Shown one piece after another: positions 55,699 to 64,000 of a stretch of DNA of 64,000 bases. The first letter of the stretch is position 1. Each line of letters starts with the position of its first letter. Source of the DNA: Escherichia coli (GTDB taxonomy: Bacteria > Pseudomonadota > Gammaproteobacteria > Enterobacterales > Enterobacteriaceae); NCBI RefSeq assembly GCF_024223415.1, contig NZ_CP100500.1; one strand, written 5' to 3'. Below the pieces are notes generated by a model. The model did not search any database, was not told where the DNA came from, and was given only the letters and a program-made list of their open reading frames with translations. Both the position numbers and the translations under genes were made by a program.

Positions 55699-57105
55699 AT
55701 GTTAAAGCAACAGATAGGTGTTGTCGGTATGGCAGTGATGGGGCGCAACCTTGCGCTCAATATAGAAAGCTGTGGTTATACCGTCTCTATTTTCAACCGT
55801 TCCCGTGAAAAGACGGAAGAAGTGATTGCCGAAAATCCAGGCAAGAAACTGGTGCCTTACTACACGGTTAAAGAGTTTGTTGAATCTCTGGAAACGCCTC
55901 GTCGCATCCTGTTAATGGTGAAAGCAGGTGCAGGCACGGATGCTGCTATTGATTCCCTAAAACCATACCTCGATAAGGGCGACATCATCATTGATGGTGG
56001 TAACACCTTCTTCCAGGACACAATTCGTCGTAACCGTGAGCTTTCTGCCGAAGGCTTTAACTTCATTGGTACCGGAGTTTCCGGCGGTGAAGAAGGTGCG
56101 CTGAAAGGTCCTTCTATTATGCCCGGTGGCCAGAAAGAAGCCTATGAACTGGTTGCGCCGATCCTGACCAAGATCGCCGCAGTAGCTGAAGACGGTGAGC
56201 CATGCGTTACCTACATTGGTACCGATGGCGCAGGCCACTATGTGAAGATGGTTCACAACGGTATTGAATACGGCGATATGCAGCTGATTGCTGAAGCCTA
56301 TTCGCTGCTTAAAGGTGGCCTGAACCTCACCAACGAAGAACTGGCGCAGACCTTTACCGAGTGGAATAACGGTGAACTGAGTAGCTACCTGATCGACATC
56401 ACCAAAGATATCTTTACTAAAAAAGATGAAGACGGTAACTACCTGGTTGATGTGATTCTGGATGAAGCGGCTAACAAAGGTACCGGTAAATGGACCAGCC
56501 AGAGCGCGCTGGATCTCGGCGAACCGCTGTCGCTGATTACCGAGTCTGTGTTTGCACGTTATATCTCTTCTCTGAAAGATCAGCGCGTTGCCGCATCTAA
56601 AGTTCTCTCTGGCCCGCAAGCACAGCCAGATGGCGACAAGGCTGAGTTCATCGAAAAAGTTCGTCGTGCTCTATATCTGGGCAAAATCGTTTCTTACGCC
56701 CAAGGCTTCTCTCAGCTGCGTGCTGCGTCTGAAGAGTACAACTGGGATCTGAACTACGGCGAAATCGCGAAGATTTTCCGTGCTGGTTGCATCATTCGTG
56801 CGCAGTTCCTTCAGAAAATCACTGATGCATATGCCGAAAATCCGAAGATCGCTAACTTGCTACTGGCTCCGTACTTTAAACAAATTGCCGATGATTATCA
56901 GCAGGCGCTGCGTGATGTCGTTGCTTATGCAGTGCAGAACGGTATCCCGGTTCCTACCTTTGCTGCTGCGGTTGCCTATTACGACAGCTACCGTGCTGCT
57001 GTTCTGCCTGCGAACTTGATCCAGGCGCAGCGTGACTATTTTGGTGCACATACTTATAAGCGCATTGATAAAGCAGGTGTCTTCCATACCGAATGGCTGG
57101 ATTAA
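55699..57105 (+). CDS. gnd: 6-phosphogluconate dehydrogenase (decarboxylating)
   Basis: 468 aa; [16 protein letters not shown] Rossmann motif. Confidence 0.97.
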   Translation: MLKQQIGVVGMAVMGRNLALNIESCGYTVSIFNRSREKTEEVIAENPGKKLVPYYTVKEFVESLETPRRILLMVKAGAGTDAAIDSLKPYLDKGDIIIDGGNTFFQDTIRRNRELSAEGFNFIGTGVSGGEEGALKGPSIMPGGQKEAYELVAPILTKIAAVAEDGEPCVTYIGTDGAGHYVKMVHNGIEYGDMQLIAEAYSLLKGGLNLTNEELAQTFTEWNNGELSSYLIDITKDIFTKKDEDGNYLVDVILDEAANKGTGKWTSQSALDLGEPLSLITESVFARYISSLKDQRVAASKVLSGPQAQPDGDKAEFIEKVRRALYLGKIVSYAQGFSQLRAASEEYNWDLNYGEIAKIFRAGCIIRAQFLQKITDAYAENPKIANLLLAPYFKQIADDYQQALRDVVAYAVQNGIPVPTFAAAVAYYDSYRAAVLPANLIQAQRDYFGAHTYKRIDKAGVFHTEWLD

Positions 57106-57135
57106 TCTGATTTAAATCAATTAATCGATGCAAGG

Positions 57136-57160
57136 CCCGGAGAAATCCTTCGGGTTTTTT
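57136..57160 (+). terminator. Rho-independent terminator after gnd
   Basis: cccggagaaatccttcggg hairpin (7-bp stem with one G-U pair) followed by tttttt. Confidence 0.6.
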
Positions 57161-57349
57161 ATTATACAAAGTGGCAGGTTATGGCTTTTTTATAATTTAT
57201 GGTTAAAAAGCGATATAATACATAGACGCACAGCAGGATTACTGCCTTGACAGTTCATCCGCATCAGCGTTAAAAATCCCGCAGTAGATGAAGATGTGTT
57301 GGTAGATTAATGACCACTCTAAATGTTTAACCGGAAGAAGTCAGAGCTA

Positions 57350-58516
57350 ATGAAAATAACAATTTCAGGAACAGGTTATGTTGGTCTTTCAAATGGTATT
57401 CTGATTGCGCAAAACCACGAAGTGGTTGCACTGGATATCGTTCAGGCCAAAGTGGACATGCTTAACAAGAAGCAGTCACCGATTGTTGATAAGGAGATTG
57501 AAGAGTATCTGGCGACTAAAGATCTCAATTTCCGCGCTACGACAGATAAGTATGACGCGTATAAAAATGCCGATTACGTTATTATTGCCACGCCTACCGA
57601 TTATGATCCGAAAACGAATTATTTTAATACCTCAAGCGTGGAAACGGTCATTCGCGATGTGACAGAAATTAATCCCAGCGCGGTAATGATTATAAAATCA
57701 ACTATCCCTGTTGGTTTTACAGAGTCTATTAAAGAACGGTTTGGTATTGAAAATGTGATTTTTTCGCCGGAGTTTTTACGCGAAGGGAAAGCACTTTATG
57801 ATAACTTGCATCCATCACGCATAGTGATTGGCGAGCAATCTGACCGCGCAGAACGTTTTGCAGCGTTATTACAGGAAGGCGCTATTAAGCAAGACATACC
57901 AATATTGTTTACTGACTCAACCGAGGCTGAGGCGATTAAACTTTTTGCCAATACTTATCTGGCGATGCGTGTGGCTTATTTTAATGAACTAGATACTTAC
58001 GCTGAAAGTCTGGGTCTTAACTCCCGCCAAATTATTGAGGGAGTTTGCCTTGATCCGCGTATCGGTAATCACTACAATAATCCGTCATTTGGTTATGGTG
58101 GTTATTGTCTGCCGAAAGATACTAAGCAGTTACTGGCAAACTATCAGTCAGTACCGAATAACTTGATCTCAGCAATTGTCGATGCCAATCGCACGCGAAA
58201 AGATTTTATTGCCGATTCTATCCTTGCACGTAAACCGAAAGTTGTTGGCGTCTATCGTCTGATTATGAAGAGTGGTTCGGACAATTTCCGTGCTTCCTCA
58301 ATTCAGGGTATTATGAAGCGAATCAAGGCGAAAGGCGTGCCTGTAATCGTTTATGAGCCAGCTATGAAAGAGGACAATTTTTTCAGGTCGCGCGTGGTAC
58401 GTGATCTGGATGCGTTCAAGCAAGAAGCTGATGTTATTATTTCTAACCGTATGTCTGCCGATCTGGCTGATGTAGCAGATAAGGTTTATACGCGCGACTT
58501 GTTTGGCAATGATTAA
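57350..58516 (+). CDS. ugd: UDP-glucose 6-dehydrogenase
   Basis: ORF track 57323..58516; trimmed to [16 protein letters not shown] (388 aa). Confidence 0.95.
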   Translation: MKITISGTGYVGLSNGILIAQNHEVVALDIVQAKVDMLNKKQSPIVDKEIEEYLATKDLNFRATTDKYDAYKNADYVIIATPTDYDPKTNYFNTSSVETVIRDVTEINPSAVMIIKSTIPVGFTESIKERFGIENVIFSPEFLREGKALYDNLHPSRIVIGEQSDRAERFAALLQEGAIKQDIPILFTDSTEAEAIKLFANTYLAMRVAYFNELDTYAESLGLNSRQIIEGVCLDPRIGNHYNNPSFGYGGYCLPKDTKQLLANYQSVPNNLISAIVDANRTRKDFIADSILARKPKVVGVYRLIMKSGSDNFRASSIQGIMKRIKAKGVPVIVYEPAMKEDNFFRSRVVRDLDAFKQEADVIISNRMSADLADVADKVYTRDLFGND

Positions 58517-58540
58517 TTATTTTGTTTCATACTAAGAAAA

Positions 58541-58564
58541 GGCCCTAATAAATTAGGGCCTTTT
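58541..58564. terminator. Bidirectional terminator between convergent ugd and gla
   Basis: ggccctaat-aa-attagggcc perfect 9-bp inverted repeat, flanked by aaaa upstream and tttt downstream. Confidence 0.6.
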
Positions 58565-58581
58565 CTTATGATTTTGTAAAA

Positions 58582-59586
58582 TCAAACTTTATAGAAGTTA
58601 CGATACCATTCTACAAAGTTCTTTACCCCCTCTTTAACTGACGTTTCAGGTTTGAATCCTATTACGTCATACAGTGCTTTGGTATCAGCACTGGTTTCCA
58701 GTACATCACCGGGTTGGAGAGGCATCATATTTTTGTTGGCTTCAATACCCAGAGCCTCTTCTAACGCATTGATATAGTCCATCAACTCTACAGGCGAACT
58801 ATTACCAATGTTATAGACACGATATGGTGCTGAACTTGTTGCAGGCGAGCCTGTTTCTACAGCCCACTGTGGATCTTTTTCTGGAATAACATCCTGTAAG
58901 CGAATAATAGCTTCGGCAATATCATCAATATAAGTAAAGTCACGCTTCATTTTGCCGAAGTTGTAAACATCAATGCTTTTACCTTCCAACATGGCTTTAG
59001 TAAATTTAAATAATGCCATATCCGGACGTCCCCATGGACCATAAACCGTAAAGAAACGCAGTCCTGTGGTCGGTAAGCCATACAAATGAGAATATGTATG
59101 GGCCATGAGTTCATTCGCTTTTTTAGTTGCTGCATAAAGTGAAACAGGATGATCTACAGAGTCATCTGTAGAGAAAGGCATCATGCGGTTCATACCATAA
59201 ACAGAACTGGAGGAAGCGTAAAGTAGATGCTGAACATTATTATGGCGGCATCCTTCCAGTATGTTCAGGAATCCAATCAGGTTTGCATCTGCATATGCAT
59301 TGGGATTTTCAAGGGAGTAACGTACACCGGCTTGCGCAGCGAGGTTTATTACGCGATCGAACCGCTCCTCTGCAAACAGTGCTGCCATTTTCTCACGATC
59401 GGCCAGGTCAATTTTATAAAAACTGAAATTGTCGTGCTTGAGTAAATCAAGTCGTGCTTGTTTGAGGTTGACATCGTAATAATCATTTAAGTTGTCAATG
59501 CCTACAACCTGATGACCAGCTGCAAGAAGCCGTTTACTTACATAGAAACCGATAAAGCCAGCAGCTCCCGTAACCAGAAATTTCAT
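58582..59586 (-). CDS. gla: UDP-glucuronate 4-epimerase (NAD-dependent SDR epimerase, Gla/CapI-like)
   Basis: 334 aa; [21 protein letters not shown] Rossmann motif and YxxxK (YAATKKANE); position between ugd and wzz. Confidence 0.8.
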   Translation of the reverse strand: MKFLVTGAAGFIGFYVSKRLLAAGHQVVGIDNLNDYYDVNLKQARLDLLKHDNFSFYKIDLADREKMAALFAEERFDRVINLAAQAGVRYSLENPNAYADANLIGFLNILEGCRHNNVQHLLYASSSSVYGMNRMMPFSTDDSVDHPVSLYAATKKANELMAHTYSHLYGLPTTGLRFFTVYGPWGRPDMALFKFTKAMLEGKSIDVYNFGKMKRDFTYIDDIAEAIIRLQDVIPEKDPQWAVETGSPATSSAPYRVYNIGNSSPVELMDYINALEEALGIEANKNMMPLQPGDVLETSADTKALYDVIGFKPETSVKEGVKNFVEWYRNFYKV

Positions 59587-59752
59587 TTATTATCCTCTCT
59601 CAGGCTTGATTATAGCCAATCTTCATCTGGCATAACTGAAAGTTAAATCATACCGTTAGACAAGAAAAAAAGATAATCGGTATCAGTTCTAAACATGGCT
59701 GTTTTTTCTGGTAACGTGCTCATTTTACAATCAAAGATGTTCTAAACTGACT

Positions 59753-59848
59753 ATACAAGCCGACGTCATTATTTCCAACCGTATGACAGAAGAGCTTAAG
59801 GATGTGGCAGATAAGGTCTACACCCGCGATCTCTTTGGCAGTGACTAA
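59753..59848 (+). pseudogene. ugd: Remnant of a second ugd 3' end (last ~30 codons) downstream of gla
   Basis: Translates to [31 protein letters not shown], near-identical to the C-terminus of the intact ugd ([29 protein letters not shown]). Confidence 0.75.
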
Positions 59849-59994
59849 CATCTTGTTATCAGGGCGATTTTCGCCCTGATTGTCTTATGTTTCCTTTGTA
59901 ATAATTCATTGTTTTTATCATTTATCCTATAGCATTCATGGCGATTATTGCTAAACTATGGCGACTTAAAATTATTTCGTCCGTTAGGGTAATG

Positions 59995-60972
59995 ATGAGA
60001 GTAGAAAATAATAATCTTTCTGGGCAAAACCATGATCCGGAACAGATTGATTTGATTGATTTACTGGTTCAACTATGGCGCGGCAAGATGACTATCATCA
60101 TTTCTGTCATTGTGGCTCTTGCCCTGGCTATAGGGTATCTGGCCGTTGCCAAAGAAAAGTGGACTTCAACAGCTATCGTTACTCAACCTGATGTGGGGCA
60201 AATCGCTGGTTATAACAATGCCATAAATGTGATTTATGGTTCGGCAGCGCCGAAAGTGTCTGAGATCCAGTCGATGTTAATTGGTCGTTTCAGCACGACA
60301 TTTTCTGCATTAGCAGAAACGCTGGATAATCAGGAAGAACCTGAAAAACTGACCATTGAGCCTACCGTTAAAAATCAGTCATTACCTTTAGCGGTTTCTT
60401 ATGTCGGTGAAACACCTGAAGGTGCGCAGAAACAGCTGGCGCAGTATATCCAGCAAGTTGACGACCAGGTAAATGAAGATCTGGAAAAAGACCTGAAAGA
60501 CAACATCGCGCTGCGTATGAAAAACTTGCAGGATTCGCTGAAGACCCAGGAAGTGGTTGCGCAGGAGCAGAAAGATCTGCGTATCCGTCAGATTCAGGAA
60601 GCGTTGCAGTATGCGAATCAGGCGCAGGTGACAAAGCCACAGGTTCAGCAGACTGAAGATGTGACGCAAGATACGTTGTTCCTTTTGGGGAGCGAAGCGC
60701 TGGAGTCGATGATTAAGCATGAGGCGACCCGTCCGTTGGTGTTCTCATCAAACTACTATCAGACACGTCAAAACCTGCTGGATATCGAAAGCTTAAAGGT
60801 TGATGATCTTGATATTCATGCTTACCGCTATGTAATGAAACCGACGTTACCTATTCGTCGCGATAGTCCGAAAAAGGCAATCACCTTGATTCTGGCGGTG
60901 CTGCTGGGCGGCATGGTTGGCGCGGGGATTGTGCTGGGGCGTAACGCTCTGCGTAATTACAACACGAAGTAA
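59995..60972 (+). CDS. wzzB: O-antigen chain-length determinant WzzB (Cld)
   Basis: ORF track 59938..60972; likely start at the tandem ATGs 59992/59995 (MRVENNNLSGQNHDPEQIDLIDLLVQLWRGK); polysaccharide co-polymerase with two TM segments. Confidence 0.92.
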   Translation: MRVENNNLSGQNHDPEQIDLIDLLVQLWRGKMTIIISVIVALALAIGYLAVAKEKWTSTAIVTQPDVGQIAGYNNAINVIYGSAAPKVSEIQSMLIGRFSTTFSALAETLDNQEEPEKLTIEPTVKNQSLPLAVSYVGETPEGAQKQLAQYIQQVDDQVNEDLEKDLKDNIALRMKNLQDSLKTQEVVAQEQKDLRIRQIQEALQYANQAQVTKPQVQQTEDVTQDTLFLLGSEALESMIKHEATRPLVFSSNYYQTRQNLLDIESLKVDDLDIHAYRYVMKPTLPIRRDSPKKAITLILAVLLGGMVGAGIVLGRNALRNYNTK

Positions 60973-60994
60973 TCTTTTCGGTTTTAAAGAAAAA

Positions 60995-61027
60995 GGGCAG
61001 GGTGGTGACACCTTGCCCGTTTTTTTT
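60995..61027. terminator. Terminator hairpin between convergent wzzB and the his operon
   Basis: gggcagg-N9-ccttgccc stem followed by ttttttt on the plus strand and preceded by an A-run (T-run on the minus strand). Confidence 0.65.
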
Positions 61028-61068
61028 GCCGGATGCGACAACAATATCGCATCCGCTTACCCCGTAAC

Positions 61069-61673
61069 TCACTGATGCCGTTTACGCAGGTTCTCAATTA
61101 CCGTCGTTAAATCCAGATCCTGATCCTGTAACAGCACCAGCAGGTGATACATCAAGTCAGATGCCTCGTTGGTCAGTTCAAAGCGGTCATGCACCGTTGC
61201 GGCCAGTGCGGTTTCCACGCCTTCTTCGCCCACTTTCTGCGCAATGCGTTTGGTGCCGCTGGCATACAGTTTGGCGGTGTAGGAGGTTTCCGGGGCGGCA
61301 GATTTACGTTCGGCGAGTAGTTGTTCCAGTTGATACAGGAACAGCCACTGGTGAGCGGTGTCGCCGAAGCAGCTGCTGGTGCCTTTGTGGCAGGTTGGCC
61401 CGATGGGATTCGCCAGCACCAGTAATGTGTCGTTGTCGCAGTCCGGCGCAATATTTACTACGTTGAGGAAATTACCCGACGTTTCGCCTTTGGTCCACAG
61501 TCGCTGTTTAGTGCGCGAGAAGAAGGTGACTTTGCCGCTTTCGATGGTTTTGTCTAAGGCTTCCGGGTTCATATAGCCCAGCATTAGCACTTCGCCAGAT
61601 ACAGCGTGTTGCACAATCACCGGCATCAGACCGTCGGTTTTTTCCCAATCCAGTTCGCGACGTTGTTGTTCTG

Positions 61674-61680
<7 letters not shown>
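61069..61680 (-). CDS. hisI: Bifunctional phosphoribosyl-AMP cyclohydrolase / phosphoribosyl-ATP pyrophosphatase
   Basis: 203 aa; [25 protein letters not shown]. Confidence 0.95.
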
Positions 61681-63758
<2,078 letters not shown>

Positions 63759-63759
<1 letters not shown>

Positions 63760-64000
63760 TACAGCACTCCTTTCGATGAGGGCAGGGTATCGCCTTCCAC
63801 GCGGATGGCCTGGCGCAGGGTGCGACCAAAGGCTTTGAACAGGCTCTCTACACGGTGGTGATCGTTTTTACCTTTGGTTTTCAGGTGTAGCGTCACACCC
63901 ATAGTGTAAGAGAGCGAACGGAAGAAGTGCTCGATCATTTCAGTGCTGAGATCGCCCACGCGCTGGTAGGTAAATTCGGCTTTATATTCCAGGTGCGGGC
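63759..64000 (-). CDS. hisB: Histidinol-phosphatase / imidazoleglycerol-phosphate dehydratase HisB, C-terminal part (gene continues past window end)
   Basis: Minus-strand ORF ending at 63759 encodes ...[18 protein letters not shown]..., an IGPD domain C-terminus; stop overlaps the hisH start. Confidence 0.85.

Noticed and set aside
45427-55700. Possible IS element, transposase or integrase explaining the low-GC island
   Set aside because: No transposase- or integrase-like ORF and no terminal inverted repeats found; the island is flanked by galF and gnd as expected for the O-antigen locus, which is exchanged by homologous recombination.
55957-56619. 220-codon minus-strand ORF inside gnd
   Set aside because: Antisense to gnd, one of the most conserved genes in the window.

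Overview
This window reads as an Enterobacteriaceae (Escherichia coli-like) chromosomal segment, in reverse orientation relative to the usual K-12 map. All calls rest on reading the supplied ORF translations, motif recognition and gene order; no database search was run. Order: mdtC (5' part, GTG start) - mdtB - mdtA (RND efflux, minus strand); three tandem ibs/sib type I toxin-antitoxin units; the yegL - pphC(yegK) - yegI triad (vWA protein, PP2C phosphatase, Ser/Thr kinase); yegD; alkA; dgcE(yegE); udk; dcd; asmA; yegH; the complete colanic acid cluster wza-wzb-wzc-wcaABCDEF-gmd-fcl-gmm-wcaI-cpsB-cpsG-wcaJ-wzxC-wcaKLM; galF; a low-GC O-antigen cluster of nine ORFs (46451-55511); gnd; ugd; a convergent UDP-glucuronate 4-epimerase (gla-like); wzzB; and the distal his operon (hisI, hisF, hisA, hisH, 3' end of hisB). 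The most interesting region is the O-antigen cluster. It opens with an unusual three-gene module (HisC/CobD-like PLP enzyme, HAD phosphatase, TupA-like ATP-grasp ligase) that I infer makes an amino-alcohol and amide-links it to a uronic acid, and it contains a 420-aa ORF with no recognisable glycosyltransferase signature. Second is the yegL-pphC-yegI triad, whose architecture matches TerY-P-type phosphorylation modules. Regulatory elements found: JUMPstart/ops sequences ahead of wza and ahead of the O-antigen genes, REP elements, and terminators between convergent genes. A 96-bp duplicate of the ugd 3' end sits downstream of gla.
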